A stretch of DNA of 24,000 nucleotides from Calidifontibacillus oryziterrae (GTDB taxonomy: Bacteria; Bacillota; Bacilli; Bacillales; Bacillaceae_J). A model generated the notes under the pieces. That model did not search any database and was not told the DNA's origin. It saw only the letters and a list, made by a program, of their open reading frames with translations. Shown piece by piece: positions 14,895 through 24,000 of the stretch (positions are counted from its first letter, which is position 1; the number at the start of each line of letters is the position of its first letter). The stretch covers positions 404,365-428,364 of the forward strand of contig NZ_ANOK01000003.1 in the NCBI RefSeq assembly GCF_000331575.1, written 5' to 3'. The translations under genes and the position numbers were made by a program.

Positions 14895-16634
14895 ATGATC
14901 AATCAACTTTCGTGGAAAGTTGGAGGACAGCAAGGGGAAGGTATTGAAAGTACAGGGGAAATTTTCTCAATTGCGCTTAATCGTTTAGGCTACTATTTAT
15001 ACGGTTATCGCCACTTTTCCTCACGTATTAAAGGTGGTCACACAAACAACAAAATTCGTGTAAGTACAAGTCAAGTTCGCTCTATTTCTGATGATTTAGA
15101 TGTTTTAGTAGCGTTTGACCAAGAAACAATTGATGTGAATTTTCATGAATTACGAGAAGGCGGCGTAGTTATTGCTGATTCAAAATTCGACCCGAAAATT
15201 CCTGACGGATCAAAAGTAACTTTTTACGCAGTTCCATTTACCGATATTGCAACTGAGCTCGGTACATCATTAATGAAAAACATGGTGGCAGTTGGTGCAT
15301 CAAGTGCTGTTTTAAACTTAGATGTTGCTGCATATCAAGAGGTTGTTGAAGAGATTTTTGGACGTAAAGGTGAACAAGTTGTAGCCAAGAATATGGAAGC
15401 AATCCAAAAAGGCTATGAATATATTAAAAATCAAGCTGGAGATTCACTATCTACAATGGAGCTTGAAAAAGCTGACGGAAAAAAACGGTTGTTTATGATT
15501 GGGAATGACGCGATTGCTTTAGGATTCATCGCTGGTGGTTGTCGGTTTATGTCAGCGTATCCTATAACACCAGCTTCTGAAATTATGGAATATTTAATTA
15601 AGAAGCTTCCAGAATTTGGTGGAGCAGTCATTCAAACTGAAGATGAAATTGCAGCGGCAACAATGGCAATCGGTGCTAACTACGCAGGTGTTCGTACAAT
15701 AACTGCATCATCAGGACCAGGATTATCTCTAATGATGGAAGCTATTGGTTTAGCAGGCATGACAGAAACTCCAGTAGTTATTGTGAATACACAACGTGGT
15801 GGTCCAAGTACAGGGTTACCAACAAAGGTTGAACAATCTGATTTAATGGCAATGATTTATGGTACACACGGTGATATTCCAAAGGTGGTTCTTGCACCTA
15901 GTACCGTTCAAGAAGCATTTTATGATGCGATTGAAGCTTTAAATATTGCAGAAGAATTCCAATGCCCGGTGATACTATTAACTGATCTACAAATTTCTTT
16001 AGGGAAACAAACAGTTGAGCCTTTAGATTATTCAAGCATTGAAATCCGTCGTGGAAAATTAGATATAAATGCTGAGTTACCTGATCCAGGTGAAGCAGAA
16101 AACTATAAACGTTATCTTGTAACTGAAGATGGTATTTCACCACGTGTTATTCCAGGTATGAAAAATGGGTTGCACCATGTTACTGGTGTCGAGCATAGTG
16201 AAATTGGTAGACCATCTGAGGTTGCTAAAAACCGCCAAGCACAAATGGACAAGCGTTTACGTAAGCTAAAGAATTTAAATCTTGCTAATGCTGTTCATAA
16301 AAATGTAAAACATGATGATGCTGATGTATTACTAGTTGGTTTTAACTCAACGAGGGGTGGAATTGAGGAAGCAACGGCTCGTCTTGAAAAAGATGGAATC
16401 AAAGCTAATCATGCTCATATTCGCTTAATACATCCATTCCCAACTGAAGAAATATTACCATTAGTAAACTCAGCAAAGAAAGTGGTTGTTGTTGAGCATA
16501 ACGGCACAGCACAGTTAGCAAACATCCTTAAAATGAACGTAGGAAATCACGATAAGGTGGAAAGCATCTTAAAGTATGATGGAAATCCATTCTTGCCAAG
16601 TGAAATTTACAACAGAGTTAAGGAGTTGTTATAA
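14895..16634 (+). CDS. korA: 2-oxoglutarate/2-oxoacid:ferredoxin oxidoreductase, alpha subunit
   Basis: 579-aa product with an N-terminal gamma-like domain (GGQQGEGIES) followed by a pyrimidine-binding domain (AYPITPASEI, TASSGPGLSLM, RGGPSTGLPT). It is paired with a TPP-binding beta subunit. Confidence 0.9.
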   Translation: MINQLSWKVGGQQGEGIESTGEIFSIALNRLGYYLYGYRHFSSRIKGGHTNNKIRVSTSQVRSISDDLDVLVAFDQETIDVNFHELREGGVVIADSKFDPKIPDGSKVTFYAVPFTDIATELGTSLMKNMVAVGASSAVLNLDVAAYQEVVEEIFGRKGEQVVAKNMEAIQKGYEYIKNQAGDSLSTMELEKADGKKRLFMIGNDAIALGFIAGGCRFMSAYPITPASEIMEYLIKKLPEFGGAVIQTEDEIAAATMAIGANYAGVRTITASSGPGLSLMMEAIGLAGMTETPVVIVNTQRGGPSTGLPTKVEQSDLMAMIYGTHGDIPKVVLAPSTVQEAFYDAIEALNIAEEFQCPVILLTDLQISLGKQTVEPLDYSSIEIRRGKLDINAELPDPGEAENYKRYLVTEDGISPRVIPGMKNGLHHVTGVEHSEIGRPSEVAKNRQAQMDKRLRKLKNLNLANAVHKNVKHDDADVLLVGFNSTRGGIEEATARLEKDGIKANHAHIRLIHPFPTEEILPLVNSAKKVVVVEHNGTAQLANILKMNVGNHDKVESILKYDGNPFLPSEIYNRVKELL

Positions 16635-16635
16635 G

Positions 16636-17502
16636 ATGGCAACATTTAAAGATTTTCGTAATAGTGTGAAACCTAACTGGTGCCCTGGTTGCGGTGATTT
16701 CTCCGTTCAAGCTGCCATTCAACGTGCTGTTGCAAATGTTGGAGTAGAGCCGCATGAATTAGCACTAATTTCTGGTATTGGTTGTTCAGGTCGTATTTCA
16801 GGTTACGTAAACGCGTACGGTGTTCATGGGATTCATGGCCGTGCATTACCAATTGCTCAAGGTGTTAAAATGGCTAACCGTGATCTTACTGTTATTGCTG
16901 CCGGTGGAGATGGAGATGGATTTGCAATTGGTACTGGTCATACGGTCCATGCAATTCGTCGTAACATTGATATCACCTATATTGTAATGGACAATCATAT
17001 TTACGGCTTAACAAAAGGTCAAACATCACCGCGTAGTGAACGTGGTTTTAAAACAAAAAGTACACCGAAGGGGTCTATTGAGCCATCGATTTCAGCGATG
17101 GAAATGGCACTTACTGTTGGTGCAACTTTTGTCGCACAAAGCTTCTCTAGTGATTTAAAAGAATTAACCTCTTTAATTGAAGCAGGTATTAATCATAAAG
17201 GATTCTCATTAATAAACGTTTTCAGTCCTTGTGTTACGTACAATAAAGTCAACACTTATGATTGGTATAAAGAAAATTTAAAGAGATTATCTGACATTGA
17301 TGGTTATGATCCGTCAAATCGCATTCAAGCAATGCAAACATTAATGGAAAACGACGGTCTCGTTACAGGTTTAATTTATCAAAATAAAGATCAAAAATCT
17401 TACCAAGAGCAACTCTTTGGATATAGTGAAAAGCCGCTTGTCCAATCTGATTTAACAATTAGTGAAGACAAATTTGATGAACTAGTAAAAGAATTTATGT
17501 AA
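16636..17502 (+). CDS. korB: 2-oxoglutarate/2-oxoacid:ferredoxin oxidoreductase, beta subunit (TPP-binding)
   Basis: MATFKDFRNSVKPNWCPGCGDF and the TPP motif GGDGDGFAIG. ATG 16636 lies 1 nt after the korA stop and 10 nt after AAGGAG. The track start 16576 overlaps korA and is extended. Confidence 0.9.
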   Translation: MATFKDFRNSVKPNWCPGCGDFSVQAAIQRAVANVGVEPHELALISGIGCSGRISGYVNAYGVHGIHGRALPIAQGVKMANRDLTVIAAGGDGDGFAIGTGHTVHAIRRNIDITYIVMDNHIYGLTKGQTSPRSERGFKTKSTPKGSIEPSISAMEMALTVGATFVAQSFSSDLKELTSLIEAGINHKGFSLINVFSPCVTYNKVNTYDWYKENLKRLSDIDGYDPSNRIQAMQTLMENDGLVTGLIYQNKDQKSYQEQLFGYSEKPLVQSDLTISEDKFDELVKEFM

Positions 17503-17510
17503 AATGATAA

Positions 17511-17545
17511 ACCCTGTCTGAATAACTTCAGACGGGGTTTGTTCC
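17511..17545 (+). terminator. Terminator hairpin after korB
   Basis: ACCCTGTCTGAA (17511-17522) pairs with TTCAGACGGGGT (17527-17538) with one G-U pair, followed by a weak T-rich tail TTGTTCCGCTTT. Confidence 0.65.
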
Positions 17546-17555
17546 GCTTTCAGGT

Positions 17556-17613
17556 GCTGTCACTCTATGGTGTATTCTAGTTCCAGCATCGAGTCGCTGT
17601 CACTTTATGGTGT
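17556..17613 (+). repeat. Two 18-nt direct repeats GCTGTCACTYTATGGTGT exactly 40 nt apart
   Basis: 17556-17573 is GCTGTCACTCTATGGTGT and 17596-17613 is GCTGTCACTTTATGGTGT, a 17/18 match. They lie between the korB terminator and the miaB promoter. Confidence 0.8.
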
Positions 17614-17624
17614 GATGTGTGCTA

Positions 17625-17653
17625 TTGTTAATTTGCGCTTAAACATTTATACT
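17625..17653 (+). promoter_or_regulatory. Candidate sigma-A promoter of miaB-ricA
   Basis: TTGTTA (17625-17630), then a 17-nt spacer, then TATACT (17648-17653), about 50 nt upstream of the miaB ATG. Confidence 0.45.
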
Positions 17654-17704
17654 ATTTAATTGGTGTGTTTTATATTCTTATTTTTTATAGGAAGGAGATT
17701 TTTT

Positions 17705-19258
17705 ATGAACGAAAAACAACGAAAAGAGCATACCGCCCAAATTAAAGCTGCTACTAATCCTGCGGACAGAAAATCCGATAAGGATTATGCGAAATATTTT
17801 GAAACAACGTATCAACCACCATCGTTGAAGGACGCAAAAAAACGCGGGAAAGAAGACGTCAAAGTTCACCGCGGTTATGATATCCCTGAAGACATGGTTG
17901 GTATTGGAAAGAATAAGAAATTTTATATTCGTACGTATGGGTGTCAAATGAATGAACATGACACAGAGGTTATGGCTGGAATTCTTTCAGAGATGGGCTT
18001 TGAAAATACGGACTCGACTAATGAAGCTGATATTATCCTATTAAATACTTGTGCAGTTCGTGAAAATGCAGAAAATAAAGTGTTTGGAGAAATAGGACAT
18101 TTGAAGGTGTTAAAAAGAGATAAGCCTGATCTAATTTTAGGAGTATGTGGCTGTATGTCTCAAGAAGAAGGCGTCGTAAATAGACTTCTTCAAAAACATC
18201 AGCAAGTAGACTTGATTTTCGGTACTCATAATATTCATCGCCTACCGCAGTTACTAAGAGAAGCAATGTTTGGTAAAGAAAGAGTCGTTGAGGTTTGGTC
18301 AAAAGAAGGCGACATTATCGAAAACCTTCCGAAAATTAGAAGTGGTAACATAAAAGGTTGGGTAAATATTATGTACGGCTGTGATAAGTTTTGCACGTAT
18401 TGCATCGTTCCATATACAAGGGGAAAAGAACGAAGCCGCCGTCCTGAAGATATTATTGAGGAAGTTCGCCATTTAGCACGACAAGGCTATAAAGAGATTA
18501 CATTATTAGGACAAAACGTAAATGCCTATGGTAAAGATTTTGACGATATGAAGTATGGCTTAGGCGATTTAATGGATGAAATTCGAAAAATTGACATTCC
18601 ACGTATTCGCTTTACAACTAGTCATCCGCGTGATTTCGATGATCATTTAATTGAAGTGCTTGCCAAAGGCGGAAACCTGATGGATCATATTCATTTACCA
18701 GTCCAATCTGGAAGCACTGAAATGCTTAAAATCATGTCACGTAAGTATACGAGGGAGCAATATTTGGAACTTGTTCGAAAAATAAAAGCTGCTATTCCAA
18801 ATGTAGCATTAACAACTGATATAATTGTTGGATTCCCTAATGAAACGGAAGAACAATTCGAAGAAACTTTATCGCTTTATCGTGAGGTCGAATATGATAG
18901 TGCTTATACATTTGTTTATTCCCCTCGTGAAGGCACACCAGCAGCTGATATGGTCGATAATGTGCCACTTGAAGTGAAGAAAGAACGTCTGCAACGCTTA
19001 AATGCATTAGTAAATGAATTTTCTGCTAAGAAAAACAAACAAATTGAAGGTCAAGTTGTTGAAGTTCTTGTTGAAGGTGAAAGTAAGAACAATCCGGAAA
19101 TTTTAGCCGGCTATACAAGTAAGAATAAACTTGTTAACTTTAGAGGTCCTAAGTCAGTTATTGGAGAAATAGTGAAGGTGAGAATCACAAGTGCTAAGAC
19201 ATGGACATTAGATGGTGAAATGATAAAGGATGAAGAGGGGGTAACGAATAATGGCTAA
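17705..19258 (+). CDS. miaB: tRNA (N6-isopentenyl adenosine(37)-C2)-methylthiotransferase MiaB (radical SAM MTTase)
   Basis: MTTase N-domain cysteines (YGCQMN, NTCAVRE, GCM), the radical SAM motif CDKFCTYC, and a C-terminal TRAM domain. ATG 17705 follows GGAAGGAGA, so the track start 17660 is extended. Confidence 0.93.
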   Translation: MNEKQRKEHTAQIKAATNPADRKSDKDYAKYFETTYQPPSLKDAKKRGKEDVKVHRGYDIPEDMVGIGKNKKFYIRTYGCQMNEHDTEVMAGILSEMGFENTDSTNEADIILLNTCAVRENAENKVFGEIGHLKVLKRDKPDLILGVCGCMSQEEGVVNRLLQKHQQVDLIFGTHNIHRLPQLLREAMFGKERVVEVWSKEGDIIENLPKIRSGNIKGWVNIMYGCDKFCTYCIVPYTRGKERSRRPEDIIEEVRHLARQGYKEITLLGQNVNAYGKDFDDMKYGLGDLMDEIRKIDIPRIRFTTSHPRDFDDHLIEVLAKGGNLMDHIHLPVQSGSTEMLKIMSRKYTREQYLELVRKIKAAIPNVALTTDIIVGFPNETEEQFEETLSLYREVEYDSAYTFVYSPREGTPAADMVDNVPLEVKKERLQRLNALVNEFSAKKNKQIEGQVVEVLVEGESKNNPEILAGYTSKNKLVNFRGPKSVIGEIVKVRITSAKTWTLDGEMIKDEEGVTNNG

Positions 19259-19697
19259 ATACACAAAATCAGAAGTAGTTGAAAAGGCTGCTGAATTAGC
19301 AAAACTTATTGCGGAAACAGAGGAAGTTGAGTTTTTTAAACGTGCTGAGGAGGCTATTAATAAGAACGATAAGGTTTATCGATTAATGGAGGATATTAAG
19401 CATTATCAAAAACAAGCGGTGAACTTTAAACATTATAATAAACCCGAAGCGCTTAAAAAAGTGGAAGATAAAATCGATGCATTAATGGCTGAATTAGATG
19501 AAATTCCTGTTGTTGAAGAGTTTAAAAGATCTCAAGTCGTAGTAAATGATCTTCTACAGCTTGTTTCAAGTACTATTTCACAAACTGTTACAAATGAAAT
19601 TATTGTTTCAACTGGCGGGGATTTATTACAGGGTAAAACAGGTTCAAAGCCCGGATGTCACCAAGAAGGCGGCTGCGAGCATGAACATCAACATTAA
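19251..19697 (+). CDS. ricA: RicA (YmcA), a component of the RicAFT/Y-complex
   Basis: 148-aa helical protein with the YmcA-family features FFKRAE, KQAVNLKHY-like KQAVNFKHY, and NDLLQLV...VTNEI. It overlaps the miaB stop by 8 nt (ATGGCTAA). The order miaB-ymcA-cotE matches B. subtilis. Confidence 0.85.
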   Translation: MAKYTKSEVVEKAAELAKLIAETEEVEFFKRAEEAINKNDKVYRLMEDIKHYQKQAVNFKHYNKPEALKKVEDKIDALMAELDEIPVVEEFKRSQVVVNDLLQLVSSTISQTVTNEIIVSTGGDLLQGKTGSKPGCHQEGGCEHEHQH

Positions 19698-19720
19698 AAA
19701 TGAATATATGAGCTATCTAG

Positions 19721-19750
19721 AGGTTGACTTAGCGGTCAACTTCTTTTTTT
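19721..19750 (+). terminator. Rho-independent terminator after ricA
   Basis: AGGTTGAC (19721-19728) pairs with GTCAACTT (19735-19742), followed by a T-tract CTTTTTTT. Confidence 0.8.
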
Positions 19751-19797
19751 ATCTCTCCAAAAATATAAATTATTGGGCACATATCTCGGTTTTCATG

Positions 19798-19873
19798 CAT
19801 AGAATGAAGTAAAGGTCCGAGTAATGATTGATATTGATTTATTTGCACACTGGTCATTTGCCCTGCATAGGAT
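19798..19873 (+). promoter_or_regulatory. Two mother-cell sigma (sigma-E/K-like) -10 candidates upstream of cotE
   Basis: TGCATAGAAT (19796-19805) and TGCATAGGAT (19864-19873) both resemble the sigma-E -10 consensus CATACAnT. B. subtilis cotE has two promoters, P1 and P2. I could not place the -35 elements convincingly. Confidence 0.35.
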
Positions 19874-19909
19874 AGAATGGAACATCGAAAATGAGGAGGT
19901 AGTGCTCAC

Positions 19910-20479
19910 ATGTCAAGAAGAGAGCATGAACATCAATTTAGAGAGATAATTACTAAAGCAGTTTGCGGTAAAGGTCGTAAGTTTACACAATGTACGCATA
20001 CAATCTCACCTTCTCACAGACCAACTAGTATACTTGGTTGTTGGATCATCAACCATGAATACGAGGCTAAAAAGGCTGGAGACTGTGTAGAAGTGGAGGG
20101 CTGCTATGACATTAATGTATGGTATTCTTATAGTGACAATACAAAGACAGAGGTTGCCACGGAAACCGTACATTACAAGGATGTTGTTCGGTTATCATCA
20201 AAAGATGAAAATTGCTTGAACGATGACTTAGAGGTAATTGCCAGGGTCGTACAACAACCAAATTGTTTGGAATGCTCAATCTCACCGAACGGCAACAAAG
20301 TAGTAGTGCAGGTAGAAAGGGAGTTCATCGCAGAAGTAATAGGGGAAACAAAAGTATGCGTTCAAGTCTTCCCTGGTGTTTGCGAGGAAGACATTGAAGA
20401 ATTAAGTGACGAAGATATTGTTGATAAGGAATTTGAAGATTTAAATCCAGACTTTTTAGTTGCTGGTGAGGAGGAATAA
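19910..20479 (+). CDS. cotE: Spore coat morphogenetic protein CotE
   Basis: [77 protein letters not shown] and the acidic C-terminal tail match CotE. GGAGG (19895-19899) lies 10 nt before the ATG. Confidence 0.93.
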   Translation: MSRREHEHQFREIITKAVCGKGRKFTQCTHTISPSHRPTSILGCWIINHEYEAKKAGDCVEVEGCYDINVWYSYSDNTKTEVATETVHYKDVVRLSSKDENCLNDDLEVIARVVQQPNCLECSISPNGNKVVVQVEREFIAEVIGETKVCVQVFPGVCEEDIEELSDEDIVDKEFEDLNPDFLVAGEEE

Positions 20480-20480
20480 C

Positions 20481-20512
20481 AACTAGGAGGATACTCTCTT
20501 CCTAGTTTTTTT
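20481..20512 (+). terminator. Rho-independent terminator after cotE
   Basis: AACTAGGA (20481-20488) pairs with TCCTAGTT (20500-20507), and T7 follows. Confidence 0.8.
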
Positions 20513-20513
20513 G

Positions 20514-20522
20514 TGCTATAAT
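20514..20522 (+). promoter_or_regulatory. Extended -10 element (TGcTATAAT), a possible mutSL promoter
   Basis: TGCTATAAT at 20514-20522 lies 60 nt upstream of the mutS ATG. There is no good -35 element, because the expected position falls inside the cotE terminator. Confidence 0.35.
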
Positions 20523-20582
20523 TTGTTATAGATGAACATGAAAATTGAACAATTTGATGCATTTATATATTGGAGGATTTAT

Positions 20583-23189
20583 ATGACTCAATATACGCCG
20601 ATGATACAACAATACTTATCTGTAAAGGCACAGTATAAAGATGCCTTTTTATTTTTTCGACTTGGTGATTTTTATGAAATGTTTTTCGACGATGCAATCC
20701 AAGCTTCGCAAGAGCTGGAGATTACACTTACAGGCCGAGATGGTGGGGTAGAGGAACGAATTCCGATGTGCGGAGTGCCTTATCATGCAGCGACAAGTTA
20801 CATTAACCAACTAGTCGAAAAAGGATACAAGGTAGCTATTTGTGAACAGGTTGAAGACCCGAAGGAAGCAAAAGGAGTTGTACGTCGTGAAGTTGTACAG
20901 TTAATTACTCCTGGAACAGTAATGCAAGGTAAAGTTTTGGATGAAAAGGAAAATAACTTTATTGCAACAGTTACAGACTTTAAAGATGGAACCTTTGGAT
21001 TTGCTTATGTAGATTTAACGACAGGTGAGGGACAAATAACTTTAATAAAAGGTGACTGGATTGATGTTTGCGGAGAAATTTACGGAGTGGGAGCAAAAGA
21101 GGTTGTTTTAGCTTCAAATACTCAGGAAGATCGTATACTAACGTTAATAGATCGTATGAGCATTGCCATATCACAAGAGGACGATGCTTCTGTTCCTGAA
21201 GCTTTAGCACAGACTACAAAAAATCTTACAAGTAAGGAGCTATCCGATACAATCGGCAGGCTACTAAATTATTTATTAAAAACACAAAAACGATCCCTTG
21301 ATCATCTTCAACCCATTCAATACTATGAAACAGATCAATATATGAAACTAGATATTCACTCGAAGCGCAATCTCGAATTAGTAGAGACAATTCGAACAAA
21401 GTCTAAGAAAGGATCATTTTTGTGGTTGCTTGATTCAACCGTTACAGCAATGGGCGCGAGAAGGCTTAAACAGTGGATTGAACGTCCTTTGCTTTCGGAA
21501 ACTGCGATAGAAAATCGTCTAAATATGGTAGAGACGTTGTTAAAACAATACTTTATAAGACAAGATTTGCGCGAGGCTTTAAAACCAATCTATGATTTAG
21601 AACGTTTATCGGGACGTGTTGCCTATGGAAATTTGAATGCTCGGGACTTAATTCAGTTGAAAAAATCACTTTCGCACGTTCCAGTGATGCTTTCTTTAAT
21701 TAACCAACTCGATAATAGCTATGCGACAAAGCTAGTCGAAAATATTGACCCTTGTGAATTACTTACGGAACTATTAGAAAATGGATTAAAAGAAAATCCA
21801 CCGTTATCTATTAAAGATGGAGACATCATAAAAGACGGTTATAATGATCGACTAGATACGTACCGAGATGCTGTATTAAATGGGAAGCGTTGGATTGCTG
21901 AATTAGAATCCAAAGAGAAGCAGGAAACCGGAATTAAGTCATTAAAGGTCGGCTATAATCGGGTATTTGGTTATTACATTGAAGTGACGAAGGCGAATCT
22001 TCACCTTTTACCCGAGGGGCGTTATGAACGGAAACAAACGTTGACAAATGCCGAACGTTATATCACGCCAGAACTTAAGGAAAAAGAAGCAATCATCTTA
22101 GAAGCAGAAGAAAAAATCATAGACTTAGAGTATGATTTATTTTTAGAAATACGTGAACAGGTGAAAACATTTATTCCACGGTTGCAGCAGTTAGCTAAAG
22201 CGATAAGCGAGATAGATGTACTGCAAAGCTTTGCAGAAGTTAGTGAACAATATCAGTATACAAAACCGGAATTCTCCAAAAATCGTAAAATTGTGATTGA
22301 ACAAGGTCGTCATCCTGTAGTAGAGAAAGTTTTAAATTCTCAGGAATATGTAGCGAATGATTGTTACATGGACCCGGACAGGGAAATGCTATTAATTACA
22401 GGACCAAATATGTCTGGTAAAAGTACGTTTATGCGGCAAATAGCACTGACATCAATATTAGCTCAAATTGGCTGTTTCGTTCCTGCCAAAAGAGCAATTT
22501 TACCAATTTTTGATCAAGTGTTTACGAGAATTGGTGCTGCAGACGATTTAGTATCCGGACAAAGCACATTTATGGTAGAGATGCTAGAAGCGAAAAATGC
22601 AATAACAAAAGCTACAAAAAATAGCTTGATATTATTAGATGAAATTGGTCGCGGTACATCTACCTATGATGGCATGGCATTAGCCCAAGCGATTATTGAA
22701 TACATTCATGATAGAATCGGTGCAAAAACATTATTTTCAACCCATTATCATGAATTAACTAGGCTTGAACAATCCTTATCAAAGCTTAAAAATGTCCATG
22801 TTAGTGCAATTGAAGAAAATGGAAAGGTTGTATTCCTTCATAAACTCTTGGATGGTGCTGCAGACAAAAGCTATGGGATTCATGTTGCCCAATTGGCTGA
22901 ATTGCCATTATCTTTAATTAAGAGGGCGAAGGAAATTTTGGACGAGCTTGAAACTGAACAAACATTTCATACAACAAATCAGGTGGAAGCTCCCGTTATT
23001 GTAGAAGATGTTGAACAGTTATCTTTTTTTGCTTCAGAAAAAGCTGAACAGCATCCAGCTTCATCTATGACAAAGGCTGAAAAGGAAGCAATCGATAAAA
23101 TATGTACTCTTAATCTATTAGAAATGACACCATTAGATACTATGAATGAGCTATACAAAATTCAAAAATTATTGAAGTCTAAGAAGTAA
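20583..23189 (+). CDS. mutS: DNA mismatch repair protein MutS
   Basis: N-terminus [38 protein letters not shown] and Walker [10 protein letters not shown], plus [12 protein letters not shown] and STHYHEL. ATG 20583 lies 6 nt after GGAGG, so the track start 20532 is extended. Confidence 0.97.
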   Translation: MTQYTPMIQQYLSVKAQYKDAFLFFRLGDFYEMFFDDAIQASQELEITLTGRDGGVEERIPMCGVPYHAATSYINQLVEKGYKVAICEQVEDPKEAKGVVRREVVQLITPGTVMQGKVLDEKENNFIATVTDFKDGTFGFAYVDLTTGEGQITLIKGDWIDVCGEIYGVGAKEVVLASNTQEDRILTLIDRMSIAISQEDDASVPEALAQTTKNLTSKELSDTIGRLLNYLLKTQKRSLDHLQPIQYYETDQYMKLDIHSKRNLELVETIRTKSKKGSFLWLLDSTVTAMGARRLKQWIERPLLSETAIENRLNMVETLLKQYFIRQDLREALKPIYDLERLSGRVAYGNLNARDLIQLKKSLSHVPVMLSLINQLDNSYATKLVENIDPCELLTELLENGLKENPPLSIKDGDIIKDGYNDRLDTYRDAVLNGKRWIAELESKEKQETGIKSLKVGYNRVFGYYIEVTKANLHLLPEGRYERKQTLTNAERYITPELKEKEAIILEAEEKIIDLEYDLFLEIREQVKTFIPRLQQLAKAISEIDVLQSFAEVSEQYQYTKPEFSKNRKIVIEQGRHPVVEKVLNSQEYVANDCYMDPDREMLLITGPNMSGKSTFMRQIALTSILAQIGCFVPAKRAILPIFDQVFTRIGAADDLVSGQSTFMVEMLEAKNAITKATKNSLILLDEIGRGTSTYDGMALAQAIIEYIHDRIGAKTLFSTHYHELTRLEQSLSKLKNVHVSAIEENGKVVFLHKLLDGAADKSYGIHVAQLAELPLSLIKRAKEILDELETEQTFHTTNQVEAPVIVEDVEQLSFFASEKAEQHPASSMTKAEKEAIDKICTLNLLEMTPLDTMNELYKIQKLLKSKK

Positions 23190-23199
23190 AGGTGATAAT

Positions 23200-24000
23200 G
23201 TGGGGAAAATTAGACAGTTATCTGACCAATTATCAAACAAAATTGCAGCTGGAGAAGTAATAGAAAGACCTGCATCAGTTGTTAAGGAGCTAGTTGAAAA
23301 CGCAATTGATGCTAAGAGTACAAGAATTGAAGTGCATGTGAAGGAGGCTGGGCTTGCGGAGATCCGCGTCATTGATAACGGTGATGGGATTGAGCCTAAT
23401 GATGCAATTCTAGCATTTGAACGTCATGCAACTAGTAAAATTAAAGATGAACATGACCTTTTTCGTATTCGCACATTAGGTTTCCGAGGCGAGGCGCTTC
23501 CAAGCATTGCATCGGTATCAGAGCTTGAGATGAGAACTTGTACTGGAGAAGGAGCGGGAACTTATATCCGTCTTAGTGGGGGCAAGGTAATCACACATGA
23601 GGCAACTAATAGTCGAAAAGGGACGGATATTACTGTTACTAATCTTTTTTTTAATACACCTGCACGGTTAAAATATTTAAAGACTGTTCATACGGAATTA
23701 GGGAATATTACTGATTACTTAAATCGCATTGCCCTCGCTCATCCGGAAATTTCTTTACAGTTAACACATAACGGGAAACGCGTCTTTTTTACAAGTGGGA
23801 ATGGAGATGTTTTACAAGTTTTAGCTTCAATTTATGGTGTCTCTATTGCAAAACAAATGATTCCTTTACAACTTTCTACGATTGATTATGAGATTAATGG
23901 ATTCATCGCGAGGCCGGAGGTAACAAGAGCATCGAGAAATTATATGTCAACCATTATAAATGGTAGATTTATTAAAAACTATTCAATCGCAAAAGCAATT
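23200..24000 (+). CDS. mutL: DNA mismatch repair protein MutL, N-terminal part (3' end lies outside the window)
   Basis: This ORF is absent from the track because it runs off the window end. GTG 23200 lies 5 nt after AAGGTGA. My translation is (M)[67 protein letters not shown]...[16 protein letters not shown], which carries the GHKL ATPase motifs of MutL. The frame stays open to base 24000. Confidence 0.93.
   Translation, partial: MGKIRQLSDQLSNKIAAGEVIERPASVVKELVENAIDAKSTRIEVHVKEAGLAEIRVIDNGDGIEPNDAILAFERHATSKIKDEHDLFRIRTLGFRGEALPSIASVSELEMRTCTGEGAGTYIRLSGGKVITHEATNSRKGTDITVTNLFFNTPARLKYLKTVHTELGNITDYLNRIALAHPEISLQLTHNGKRVFFTSGNGDVLQVLASIYGVSIAKQMIPLQLSTIDYEINGFIARPEVTRASRNYMSTIINGRFIKNYSIAKAI

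Noticed and set aside
19546-19812. 88-aa + strand ORF overlapping the ricA 3' end and extending through the ricA terminator
   Set aside because: It is out of frame with the well-supported ricA, runs through an intrinsic terminator, and has no RBS. I consider it spurious.
1-24000. Search for CRISPR arrays, tRNA/rRNA genes, transposase/integrase genes, toxin-antitoxin pairs or defence-island genes
   Set aside because: I found no spaced short-repeat array, no tRNA-like or rRNA-like sequence, and no ORF with recombinase, nuclease-toxin or defence-system motifs. Every sizeable ORF is accounted for by a conserved housekeeping or sporulation gene.

Overview
This window is a core chromosomal segment from an AT-rich, endospore-forming Bacillaceae genome. 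All 22 genes I call lie on the + strand. Gene order matches the Bacillus subtilis ymfF-to-mutL neighbourhood: two nucleoside/BMP-type ABC permeases, ymfF-ymfH (M16 peptidase pair), ymfI, ymfJ, ymfK, rodZ, pgsA, cinA, recA, rny, ymdB, spoVS, an M19 dipeptidase, korA-korB, miaB, ricA (ymcA), cotE, mutS and the 5' part of mutL. I found no transposase, integrase, CRISPR array, rRNA or tRNA, and no candidate defence or toxin gene. The minus-strand ORFs in the track are shadow ORFs. Several track ORFs are 5'-extended, and I moved those starts to the codon that has a Shine-Dalgarno sequence. The one thing gene annotation does not explain is a roughly 140-nt structured intergenic repeat with terminal inverted repeats. 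It occurs twice, 11 kb apart (1288-1432 and 12266-12410), with about 94% identity over the core. Lesser observations: an 18-nt direct repeat at 40-nt phasing upstream of miaB; a 15-nt in-frame repeat (EHEHQ) shared by the ricA 3' end and the cotE 5' end; phased AT-rich repeats and a Cheo (LexA) box upstream of recA; a cre-like site at the kor promoter; and the conserved but uncharacterised ACT + P-loop protein YmfK. Overall this is an ordinary housekeeping region, and I see no evidence of a novel multi-gene system.
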